From NCBI GenBank assembly GCA_001600815.1, contig BCKZ01000030.1, positions 31,918 to 95,917 on the forward strand: a DNA stretch of 64,000 nt, read 5' to 3'. Each line of letters opens with the position of its first letter. Position 1 is the first letter of the stretch. The notes under the pieces are model-generated. The model was not told the DNA's origin and ran no database searches. It worked only from the letters and a program-made list of their open reading frames with translations. The translations under genes were made by a program, and so were the position numbers. The DNA is from Alloascoidea hylecoeti (Eukaryota). Below are positions 1-10,850 of this stretch, piece by piece.

Positions 1-980
1 ACATATTTGATTGGTAATGTTTTAAAACTTTTGTTTTTATTATCAAATCTTGTTGGAAAATCTTTAACGTTAATATCTTTATATATATCAATATCTATTT
101 GATATAAAATGGTGTGATTAGAATCAGAAAGGCATCCAAAAGGAGTTTTAAAAAGAAGACACTGGTGAACAGATTGAGTTAAAATATTGTTGAAATTGTC
201 ATCAATGGGATTTTCTATGTCCACGATAATATTTGGTTTTTTTAGTTCTATNGTTATAAGGATATTGGAATCGAGTTGCACGATAAAATCTGGAACTAGA
301 TTCATATTTGAAATACCACTTTCTTTAGATGTTGATCCGGTTTCGGATAAAATTTGTAACCCTAACTTTCTTTCATATAACAACTTAATTATATTTTGGG
401 CTGGAGTAAATATTTTCAAGAGCAGGAGGGTTTTAACAGCAGATTCGTTGATGTGACTAACGTGCGTTATTGGTGTCTTTAAGATTGTACGAATATTAAA
501 ATTTAGCTCTTCCGTATCTGCTTTTAAACACTTTGTTTGTAACCATTCCAACTCTTCTTTAAANTTAAGATCACAGTGGATCAAATTTTGATTAATTTTG
601 ATAGCATGTATTATAGAGGATGCTGTATTTCTCGTCGCTGCTGGCCTCCTACTCTTTTTTGAATNTGTACCTGTACCTGTACCTGTGGTTGTGGTTATGC
701 TTGGGCCTGTGTTTGTGCTTGGGTCTTGAGCAGCAAAAAGACCGGTAGTAGGAATATTCACCAAAAATAAAGCCGATAGTTCAGGATCACCTTCGTTTTC
801 AAACCAATGAAAAATGGTAGAAACCTGCTCATAGAGGACATCTAAAAATTGTGCATCATTAAAATCTCCAAACCCAGCTAGAAGATCCTCACTTTCAAAG
901 AGCAAGTCATGACTGTTAGAACGATGTTCCAAAACAACTTTCTTATAGTTATTTAATTTATCTGTTATTAAGTCAGACAT
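1..980 (-). CDS. PD-(D/E)xK nuclease-like + kinase family protein, copy 1 (5' part; runs off the window's left edge)
   Basis: ATG at 980-978. Manual translation is open toward base 1 (MSDLITDKLNNYKKVVLEHRSNSHDLL...NLVPDFIVQLDSNILITIELKKP). It is colinear with and highly similar to 56101..57098. Missing from the ORF track, presumably because it has no stop inside the window. Contains N bases. Confidence 0.85.
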   Translation of the reverse strand, partial: MSDLITDKLNNYKKVVLEHRSNSHDLLFESEDLLAGFGDFNDAQFLDVLYEQVSTIFHWFENEGDPELSALFLVNIPTTGLFAAQDPSTNTGPSITTTTGTGTGTXSKKSRRPAATRNTASSIIHAIKINQNLIHCDLXFKEELEWLQTKCLKADTEELNFNIRTILKTPITHVSHINESAVKTLLLLKIFTPAQNIIKLLYERKLGLQILSETGSTSKESGISNMNLVPDFIVQLDSNILIXIELKKPNIIVDIENPIDDNFNNILTQSVHQCLLFKTPFGCLSDSNHTILYQIDIDIYKDINVKDFPTRFDNKNKSFKTLPIKY

Positions 981-1634
981 TGGCAAAAGAGAGTGGCAAA
1001 AGAGTGATAATATTTTTCATCCGTACACCTAGACTCGACAGGCAGAATTTTATATACACACAAAAATTATTTAAAATTTACATGAATTTTATTTTATTTA
1101 AAATTTTGTATGTTTGCTAATTTTAATCAATTGAATCAATGTGTTTGTATTTGTATTTTTATAATCAATATTTAAATTTGTTGAATTTTTGGATAAAAAG
1201 ATTATTTTTCATTTCGGTTTATGTTTGATTTTAAACCACTGAGGTTTGATATATGCGTATATCGATGACCAAACAGGGTAGCAGTACCAATTAACAGGTG
1301 TTTACCGTATATCGTAAGAATTCATGCTAGTAAAGGTGACTTTGACAGTTGAAGTGGTCAAATTATTTAATCCGCTAGCTGGATGATCTTTTTTAATGGC
1401 CGAGGTTAACTGGAAACTCTATTGTGTTACTCGAAATTTTTACGTTACAAATTATCATACAATGGTTCTGGTATATACCAAACAACTAGTCATGTTACGA
1501 ATCAAGCTAGTCTCCGATGATAAAAAATTAGCTCTAATGAAATTTGCTTCTCATTCTAGATCTACCATAATATATCTTTTATTAAATTATGACAATTTAA
1601 ATATATACATGATTATTCAAAATTATACATATAT

Positions 1635-3020
1635 TTAGTCTTCTATTTCTGGAGGATCAACTTCTGGTTCATCAAGTCTAGCAGGTATAACAAATGATTT
1701 TTCTATTAATGATATATTTCGATAATGATTTGTATTATTATTATTTTCATCTTTATTTCGTTCTATTGTTAAAATATCAACAAATTCATCTTCATGGTCT
1801 AATTCTCTTTGATTCATTTCTTCACCAGCAACAATATCAAATTCATCTTCTTTTTCTTCATATTCAATATTTTCTTCGATTTCAACAAAATCTGGAGCTA
1901 ATGCACTCCATTTTTGTGGAACAATTACTGACCAAATATAAACAGTACCACTATCTAAACCTGTAGCTGCAGCCATTGCTTTTTTTGGATGCCAAGCAAC
2001 ATCAACTAATTCTTCTTTTGGACCTTCTAAAATTTTCATTAATGATCCCATTCCTGTTTCCCATAAATAAATATCATGACCTGAATCATAAGTTGAAGCC
2101 ATAAGATATTCACCACTATGGTTAAAACCAATTGTATTCCATTGTAATCTATTGACAACATCATGAAACTTATGTTCTAATTCAAATTCCCATTCATCAA
2201 TTCCTTCTTCTTCATCTTCGATATGCTGTGGAGTTTTATATTGTCTAATAATTCTATCTGTTGAATTTGTTGCAATTTTATCACCTGTTCCATTTACAAT
2301 TATTTCACGAATTGATGACGATGTTATTCTTTCTGAATAAACAGTTTTTTTTGTAATTGAATTTATAATATTAAACCATCCTTTACTTGTTCCTGTAAAA
2401 ATATACGAGCCATCATGATTAAAAATTGCAACTAATGTTGCTTGTTTTACATTTTTCTTTTTACCTTTTTTTATATCTTCAAAATTATCATCATCATTAT
2501 TATTTCCATTACCATTACTATTTCCATTTTGTCCATTTTGTTGTTGTTGTAAAGGTAAAGTTGGAAGTATTATTTTAATTGGTTCATCATTATTATCATT
2601 TAAATTTATATCAATCCAAATTGGTTCATCATCATAAATACTTGCAACAAATTGATAATCATTAAAAGGATGTAAATAAGCAGAATAAATTGCACTTTCA
2701 AATTTAATTTCTTTTAATTTATTACCACTCAATAAATCCCAAAATATACATTTCCAATCTCTTGATGAGCTTAATATAAATCTACCACTTCTTGACCAAC
2801 TTATACTTTGTATTGGTAATGTATGGCCTTTTAATACCAATATAACACCATTTGTGTCCATATCAAATATTACTATTGTTCCATCTATACAACCAGATGC
2901 TAAATAATCACCTTTTCTATTAAATTCAATAACAACTGATTGACCAAATGATAATGTTTGTGTTAAAGTGTCGGGATATTCTTGTGCAACTGCAAATGGA
3001 TCTAATAATGATAAATTCAT
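1635..3020 (-). CDS. SWD1: COMPASS/Set1C WD40 subunit Swd1 (RBBP5 homolog)
   Basis: N-terminal MNLSLLDPF, WD40 repeats and C-terminal QKWSALAPDFVEIEENIEYEEKEDEFD, typical of Swd1/RBBP5. Confidence 0.95.
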   Translation of the reverse strand: MNLSLLDPFAVAQEYPDTLTQTLSFGQSVVIEFNRKGDYLASGCIDGTIVIFDMDTNGVILVLKGHTLPIQSISWSRSGRFILSSSRDWKCIFWDLLSGNKLKEIKFESAIYSAYLHPFNDYQFVASIYDDEPIWIDINLNDNNDEPIKIILPTLPLQQQQNGQNGNSNGNGNNNDDDNFEDIKKGKKKNVKQATLVAIFNHDGSYIFTGTSKGWFNIINSITKKTVYSERITSSSIREIIVNGTGDKIATNSTDRIIRQYKTPQHIEDEEEGIDEWEFELEHKFHDVVNRLQWNTIGFNHSGEYLMASTYDSGHDIYLWETGMGSLMKILEGPKEELVDVAWHPKKAMAAATGLDSGTVYIWSVIVPQKWSALAPDFVEIEENIEYEEKEDEFDIVAGEEMNQRELDHEDEFVDILTIERNKDENNNNTNHYRNISLIEKSFVIPARLDEPEVDPPEIED

Positions 3021-3081
3021 TTCATTTGTTTTTCAGATGTTTTGTTTTTGTGCTTTTTTGTTTTCATTTTCAGCAACACAG

Positions 3082-3089
3082 CACGTGAC
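3082..3089. promoter_or_regulatory. GTCACGTG bHLH (Cbf1-type) site in the short divergent SWD1/p24 promoter
   Basis: CACGTGAC at 3082-3089 in a 154-bp divergent intergenic region. Confidence 0.4.
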
Positions 3090-3174
3090 GCAATCCTTGA
3101 ATCGACGAGTTTGTTAACTTGCTTCATGCATGCAGAAGCCACATCTTCTTTTGAACATATCTGAGAAACAGAAA

Positions 3175-3975
3175 ATGGGGATCAGTATTAATATTAATTG
3201 TTTGATTTGGTTTTTGTTTTTATCACAATCTGTCAATGCTATTTACTTTTATATTGAACCATCTGCTACTAGATGTTTTAATAAGGAATTATATGAAGGG
3301 ACTGTTGTTGTCGGTACGCATCAGGTATCAATTTCATTCTCATTTTCTTTTTCATGTTTATTTTAACAATATATCATAGGAAAATACTTAATTGAAGGGT
3401 GGGATGCAAAAGAGAAAATCTTTCAACCTCCAAAATCTTATAATGGTGTCTTGATGACCGTGGAGGTAAGAAACAATTATGAATTATTAGTATTTTTATC
3501 AATTTCTAATTATTTTTTTCTCTTTTTGTTGATATGATTTTAGGAAGCATTTGATAGATATCATCAAGTTGTTAACCAAAGAGGACCAGCAGAAGGTGAT
3601 TTTACTTTCACTGCTCTTGATTCAGGATCACATCGAATCTGTTTTATTCCTTTATCACAAGGTTGGATATCATCAGTTAGAAATAGAATGTTTATTGATA
3701 TTAAATTAGCAACTCAATCTGATATTGATACACATTATGAATCTGGTAAAAAAAAAATATTTGATAAAATTTTAAAATTAAAATTAAAAATTGAAGAATT
3801 AAAAATTGAACAAGATTTATTAAGAATTAGAGAAGGTGAATTTGTTCTTCAAAGTGAAAGTACAAATATTAAAGTTATAAAATATTGTATTTTTCAAATT
3901 TCGGTTTTAATTGGAACTTGTATTTGGCAATTGAATCATTTAAAGAGATTTTTCTTAAAACAGAAAGTGATTTAG
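3175..3975 (+). CDS. p24/Emp24/gp25L GOLD-domain cargo receptor (Erp1-like); 3 exons: 3175-3313, 3380-3465, 3544-3975
   Basis: Introns GTACGC..TAG (3314-3379) and GTAAGA..TAG (3466-3543) join in frame to give a signal peptide, IYFYIEPSATRCF, GDFTFTALDSGSHRICF, a coiled coil, a TM segment and C-terminal HLKRFFLKQKVI. Confidence 0.88.
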
Positions 3976-4211
3976 TTATAACTTAAATATTATATATTCA
4001 TATGGAACATAATTGATTTTAAATATAATTATATTTATAAACCATTTAAATCTTCAGATGTAGCTAACAATAATTCATGGATCTGTACATTAGAATTCGC
4101 ATCATGAACTACTATTTGAGTCCCTTTCAAACTATTAATATCATTAAGACTCAATTAACTCCATGACTTGTAATAGCAGCCATTTATACCGTTAAAAATA
4201 CCAACAATCAC

Positions 4212-4323
4212 TATTTGAAGAACAGTTTAAGGCCTTGTAGAGTTGTCGAATATAAAACCACTCTAAGAACAGTCCGATTGGCTTTTTGGCGTAACAGGGA
4301 GAAACAGGCATTCTGAACTTTAA
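4212..4323. repeat. Dispersed non-coding repeat A, copy 1
   Basis: cactctaagaacagt..attggctttttggcgtaacagggagaaacaggcattctgaactttaa matches 30916-30990 in the same orientation. Confidence 0.7.
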
Positions 4324-4434
4324 GAGCAGCATTATGATACCCTTTACAGTACAACAACCTGGAATCATAACTATAAACAATAACTAAACAAAATATATTC
4401 GTATTACTCAAAAAACTTCCATATAATCATATAT

Positions 4435-6072
4435 TTAAACAACTCTTTTTCCTGTTGGCTCAAATGGAAAAAATAATGAAATTATTCCCATAGAACCAAC
4501 AACAGCTGCACAAACATAAATTGGAGCAGCTGTAAATGTACCAGAGAAATATGCTATCACTGGAGTTATGCACCCCATTAATCTCATCATCGAAACAGCT
4601 ATTCCATTTCCTGTTCCTCGAGCTGCAGATGGTAATACTTCAGGTGTAAAAGCATATAATATTCCATAATACCAATATAAAGCAACATACACAGCAGAGG
4701 TAAAACCTACATTTTGTGGTTGTGTTTTAACAGCGGTATATGCGAACAGAAATATCATTGTGATGAAAGCACCAATCGTCATTGAACCTCTTCTTCCCAA
4801 CACTTTTCCTTTTCTGTAAGGAACAAAAATGAAACCGGTTGCAATCATTGGTCCAAAAATGGTAACAAAATTCGTTATTGCATAGTTTTTGAATGTTGTG
4901 TTTAAAGATCCATCTCCAGTATCGGCACCTCTTGATGATAAGTATTGTGGTAAATAATCTGAATATAAAGGATATGCAATACCAATTAAAGCCCAAGAAA
5001 GAAATATTAATGAAGTTGATAAAGCAACATTTTTCCCCTTGAATAATAAAGATACCTGGATTTTGATATTTTTTAACAATGACATTAGATCTCTTTTATT
5101 AACACTATCCATACCTTTTATATCGCCACATTCATTTAATTGTTCTAAAGTTAAAGAACATGTTCTTCCATATTTCTTGGCTATTGATTGTAAATTATTA
5201 ACACATTCTTCATCTCTCCCATGGACAAGTAAGAATTTAGGAGTTTCTTTTAACCTAATGATTGTCACTCGTGCAATAGCTATAACCATAACAAGGGCGC
5301 TTTCAGTATACCAAGTATATCTCCATCCATTATTAGAAGATGCTGGACAATCATCATATGAAGTACAAGAAAAGTTTACCATAAAGGGCCAAGCGACTAA
5401 AACTGCAACAATTTGACCTACACCCCACCAGCATGCAAAAAATGTCATCAACCATTGATACCTATGTGGTAAATATTCCAAGAAAACAGTTGTATCCAAT
5501 ACTAAATTTCCCCCAGATCCAGCAGCACTCAGTGCAACCATTAAACAATAACTTCCATGAGTTGGCATTGCACCAGCAATTATACCAAAAATGGCAGATA
5601 CAAATAAAGATGAATTAAAAGCAAATTTTCTTCCAATTATATCAGCTGAAATTCCCCAAAGCAATGCACCAACTAATAAACCAGCATATAATGCTACTGA
5701 AGATGCTGGGAAATATACTCCAAATTGATATTGTACTTGCATTAAAACAGAACTTTGAATCATTGTTAATAAAGAATCAACTGCATAACCCATACCATTT
5801 AAAAAAAACATTTTTAATTGATAACCTGTAAAACCAATTTCATCAATTGCATTATTAATAAGAAACATTTTATTTGATAATGATATATCATGATGGTTTA
5901 GTTCATTTATATCTACATTATCAATAATACTTATGTTTTTATTTAATTCGAGATCATTATCATTCGTTTGGACTTGTTGAATGGTACCAATAGTTATATC
6001 TTTGTTTTGCTCAATTGTAATATCATCTCTGTCTATTTCTTTAGTATCTGAATTAACTTTGGATTCACTCAT
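4435..6072 (-). CDS. Major facilitator superfamily transporter (SV2-like fungal group), substrate unknown
   Basis: 545 aa with about 12 hydrophobic segments. MFS motif WGISADIIGRK, FLEYLP, ETPKFL and YAFTPEVLPSAARGTG. Confidence 0.88.
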   Translation of the reverse strand: MSESKVNSDTKEIDRDDITIEQNKDITIGTIQQVQTNDNDLELNKNISIIDNVDINELNHHDISLSNKMFLINNAIDEIGFTGYQLKMFFLNGMGYAVDSLLTMIQSSVLMQVQYQFGVYFPASSVALYAGLLVGALLWGISADIIGRKFAFNSSLFVSAIFGIIAGAMPTHGSYCLMVALSAAGSGGNLVLDTTVFLEYLPHRYQWLMTFFACWWGVGQIVAVLVAWPFMVNFSCTSYDDCPASSNNGWRYTWYTESALVMVIAIARVTIIRLKETPKFLLVHGRDEECVNNLQSIAKKYGRTCSLTLEQLNECGDIKGMDSVNKRDLMSLLKNIKIQVSLLFKGKNVALSTSLIFLSWALIGIAYPLYSDYLPQYLSSRGADTGDGSLNTTFKNYAITNFVTIFGPMIATGFIFVPYRKGKVLGRRGSMTIGAFITMIFLFAYTAVKTQPQNVGFTSAVYVALYWYYGILYAFTPEVLPSAARGTGNGIAVSMMRLMGCITPVIAYFSGTFTAAPIYVCAAVVGSMGIISLFFPFEPTGKRVV

Positions 6073-6241
6073 TTGTTTTTTATTGTATTAGACCCTTGAA
6101 TAGGTATTGATTCTAGAGTATTAATATATAAACGGCCTTTCGTAAATGAGTTTGATAAATTATGATATCGTCTTATTTCATACCGTTTCTTGTAGGGAAT
6201 TCGAAGTTAATATATCTAAATATGAATCTTAAAATAGAGAC

Positions 6242-6966
6242 CTTATCTACTTAAGTTGATATCAATCTTAATTAAGCTTAATAACGATTATAATTATAAT
6301 CAACATGCCAAAACAATATGAAATTTCAGTTGGTTGTGAAACTTGTAGGTAAATTATCAGTCATAATATTTATGGATATGGATAATAGTTACTGGTTTCA
6401 AAGATATCCTTCAATCAAACTTATAGTAATAATTAGTTTTATAACTTAACAGACCGATCTGGAAACGACATATCTCGGATCTGGTGAGATCTGGCGTAAT
6501 AAATTATGTTGATAAGAGGATATCTGAATTGGAATATAATATCGATTATAATATATCGGGTAGGATAGAGATTATATAACATATGATGTCGCACTCACCG
6601 CATATAAATTTGTTTGAATGATGTAGGATTATATAGGCATATATCTTTCTAGAACCCAATTTCAAAGTATGAACGTCTATCTCTAAATAACAGTTCGAAT
6701 TTAAACATGTAAAAGTATTATTGCGTATGTATGCATAGAAGTCAATAATCAAAACCATCAAAAACGGTTAAAATAAGAGTGACAAATCGGCCATACAGAT
6801 TGATAATCTGCCTCATATACATGGATAAGATAACATTAATATTAGATATTCATATACGGAGATGAAATATGGAAATATCGGGGGTGAGATGCGAATTTTA
6901 GATACTTCCTGTTATGTAAGGTACATCGGATATGTGTATTTGATTATGTGGGGAGGGTGAGATAAG
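6242..6966. promoter_or_regulatory. Cluster of GATAAG sites upstream of the MFS gene (possible GATA/nitrogen-catabolite regulation)
   Basis: CTTATC at 6242 and GATAAG at 6511, 6824 and 6961. The AT-rich background weakens this. Confidence 0.35.
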
Positions 6967-7460
6967 CCGTTTACTAGGAATTTCGTATGGGAGATTCAAC
7001 CCCGGGTGAAAACATACCAATATTCTAGGCTTATTTTAAACAAGGGTATATTTTTGACTAGAATATTCCTTACATCCAGTTTTTGGTCCATAGCTACAAA
7101 TGAACTCTCTAATCTACAAGTTGCCATTGTAGCTAATAACACAGAACTGTCGTGTTAGTACGCATTCGAGAGAGTTCATCATTTTTTGATGAAGGCATTG
7201 ATTATTGTGTTTTCAACCCTCAGATATTCTTGATATTTATGTGTATAATGTTTAACATATAAATTTAAATAATTCATTAAATACTTGATTTCATTTCATT
7301 ATACAATTTGAAGGTACTAAAAATAAAATCAAAAGCTTAAGCAGTCCATAGCAAATCAATATATAAAAGAGAAAACAAAAACAAAAACAAAAAGTTGTTA
7401 TTTATCATCAATAACCTATCTTAAATAAACAAAAATATATACTATGTAATATAATCTAAT

Positions 7461-10164
7461 CTAATCGATACTATTTGAAATAGATTCTAAATCATAACTT
7501 CTTATTAATTCTTCTTCTTCTGATATTCTATCACCTAATTTAATAAAATATTGATAAGTATGATCAGTATCTTGAACAATTTTTTTTAATTCATTTTTTT
7601 GTATTAATGTTTTTTCAAATTTTGTTTCACCTAAATGACGAACAGTACGTTTTGGATAACGAAAAGTTTTTCTTGTAATACGTTCAATTCTATCAACATT
7701 TGTATTAATATAATCTTTTGAATCAAGTTCTGATTTAATCTTTCTTGATAAATTATAAGTAATAGCTCTTGGAACATCAAGAACTATTAATCCAACTATT
7801 GTAACACCTGCTGCAATAGCTGCAATACCAATAGATTTTTTAAATACAGGTGAATCTATAAATGGTAAAATTGTAGATATTGTTGAAACAACTGGTTTTA
7901 TTCTTAATAATTGACCACCACAAGCTAAAGTACCTAAAGATAAATAAGGACTTAATCCAGTTGAATTTAATTGTTTTGAATTATCAACTGATAATCTAGA
8001 TAATAAAGTATCTGTTGAAAGATTAAAAAAATCAGTTATATCAACACCAATATTCATTTTAATAGCTTCTGTACTTTGACTACTAGCAAACATTGTACCA
8101 GGTAAAAGATATAATCCATTTGCCCATGGTCCTTGTCCATATTTATCAATACCTAATTGACGAATAGAATCAATACCAGTAGATGCTTTCTTTTCAGCAT
8201 AAGATCTAGCACCTTCAACACTTTGAGAAATTGAATTAATAATAACTTGTTTTGAAGTTTCTGCATAATTCCAAGCATCAATTAAGCCATTATATTTAAC
8301 AGTTTTTCCAGAATTATAAACTGCTTTTTCAATCATTTCTCTTGATTTTTTAGAAACATCATTAGCAGTTAAATCAATAATTTTATCTAATTTTTTAGTT
8401 AATTTATTTAATTCATTTTGATCTTTTTCAATTTTTGGATTAATTGATTCTAATTGATTTTTAGCTTTTAATTTTTCTTCTTTACTAATATTAATATTTA
8501 AATTTGATAAAATATTTAAATCATTTAAAAGATTTAATAAATATTTTTTAACCGGTGCTAATTTTGAAATCGATCTTTTTTCTAAAACAAACCTACGAAG
8601 GCTTTCTTCTAATCTATCAAAATCAGGATCCCCATTATTATTATTATTATTATTATTATTATGATCCGGATCAAAATCAGGATCATCACCACCACCATTA
8701 TGTATTGCATCTTCTAAAACATTTTCAGAAGATACAAAATGAACAAATTCAGAAGCATCTTTATGAGTTTCAGGTGATAATTTAGATACCTGTTTCATAA
8801 TTTGATTCATACATCTTGATTTATCTTTAATATTATCAAATTTATTAACAACGATAAAAATTAAAGATTTTTCTGAATTTGCAGCAGATATAAATTCTTT
8901 TGCAGATAATGTAAAATGATTTTCAGCACTAACAACAAAAACAATTAGATCAATTTCTTCTTGTCTTGAAAATAATTGAGTTGTTTGATATGAATCAATA
9001 TTTAATCCCGGAGCATCAATAATTGCAATATCAATAACACCATTTCTTAATAAACTTTTTTCAATTGATCTTTTATCATCAACATAAACCTTTAAAATTG
9101 AATAAATATCACTTTGTAATACTAAATCTTCTAATTCTTTCAATTGAAAAACTGTATAAGTACTTTCATCTAATCGATCATAATTAATACCAATTTCAAC
9201 AGCATGAACTTCTTCAAGTCCACTATTTACTTTTGAATCAATAACTTCACAAAATACATTTGTACATGGTTGTTGATCTTCAGGTAATAATTTTCTTCTT
9301 AAAAGTGCATTACAAAATGTTGATTTTCCTGCATTTAAATCTCCAGTAACTAAAACTTTTGATGAAGTATCTTCAATTCTTTCACGTAATAAAAATAAAT
9401 GTCTTATAGCTTGTGTAATTTTTTCATCAAATAATGAAGCGACAGATGATTTTTCTAATGCATCAACTAAACAAGAAGATTTTGATCCACCCATCTTTAA
9501 ATCAATATTTAAAATATTGAAATTTTTTGAAACTTGTGGGGTAACTAATCGTGGTATATCATTACTACTTGATGATGAAGTAATTTCATGACTTTTTTCA
9601 AAAGATTTTGAAGATGATGATATAGTACTAGCTCTTTTTAATGCTTTATTTGAATTTTCACTGTTTAAAGCATCATCGATATTTAAACTTGGGTAACATA
9701 TTGGTAATTGTTTATTTTCTTGTTGAATATCTGTTAATATTTCAAGAACAGTTGATATTGAACTGTTTAAAGCTACCCTGTTATTATTATAATGTATCTG
9801 TTCTATTTGTGCTTTCATATGATTATCTGAAGATGAGGTACCAACTAATTAATTAAAAAAAAAAAAGTATCATAATTAGTAAAATGAAGCAAAAATTAAT
9901 TTAATAATTTACTAGAAAAAACTTACAAGAAGCAATATTTTGATCAAAATCAATATCTCCTAAACTCGTCTCGTCATCAACAAATCCTTCACCTCTTTGA
10001 TAAATATAAGATCCACCATACGCGGAATCTGTAAAGTCCGAAAAAGTGGTATGTGAATCTTCCTCTCTGTTACCCGAGGTTCTTTCTTTTGCTTTGGCCC
10101 TTTTGGCATGACTTGCTGACGTTCCGGGAACTTCTGAATGATTTGTGGATTTTTGTGGACTCAT
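7461..10164 (-). CDS. FZO1: Mitofusin Fzo1; 2 exons: 10164-9927, 9844-7461
   Basis: SKVLVTGDLNAGKSTFCNALLRR, LPEDQQPCT, IDAPGLN and VVNKFD GTPase motifs, plus C-terminal TM segments. The intron GTAAGT(9926)..TACTAAT..TAG(9845) joins the two track ORFs in frame. Confidence 0.93.
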
Positions 10165-10850
10165 TTGATTATTGAACAAATAAGAAATTTGGAAGTGTTA
10201 ATTATGAAGTAACTGAAGATACATCCAATCACCTTTCATTTTAAACGATAAGTGGGGAGACAATAATATATAAATATTGATGATCACTAAACTCAACAAT
10301 TTATTTCTGTTGAAACTCATAAATTGTGATAAATCATTTTTTATTAATGTTAATGGTACCTTTTTGCATAAAGTGGTCAAAAAATATTTTTAATGCAATT
10401 ACTTACAACTGTTCCACTTAAGTTGGGCCATTATTATTACTATATATCGGACGTGTTCTAAGTACTAAAGAGAATGTTCGATAATCTCTAATCAGAATGG
10501 CCGAATTTAAGTAATCTTTTTAATCGACCAATGGATTAATATGAGTTCACGTCAAAGAAGTAATGATAAATGGAGTTTTCTATTTATAATAAATAAATCT
10601 TGATTAATTGTTCAATAAGAGAAAAGTACTACAAAATATATAAGTATGTTATCTTCTTGAGAGTTTTCAAATATTATGATCTCTTAACTCTAGATCTAGA
10701 TCTATTAGGTTTTTTTTTTTTTTTTTTTTGAGAACCCTTTTGGCTTTTGGCGTTTTAATGTTTTAGCACTTAAGCTTGCTTTTTAACGTATGTTGAATTA
10801 TGTCTATTAATCATATATTATTATTAAATCTTTAAGTTAGATTATATTTG

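Noticed and set aside
187..456. 89-aa plus-strand ORF
   Set aside because: Antisense shadow of nuclease-kinase copy 1.
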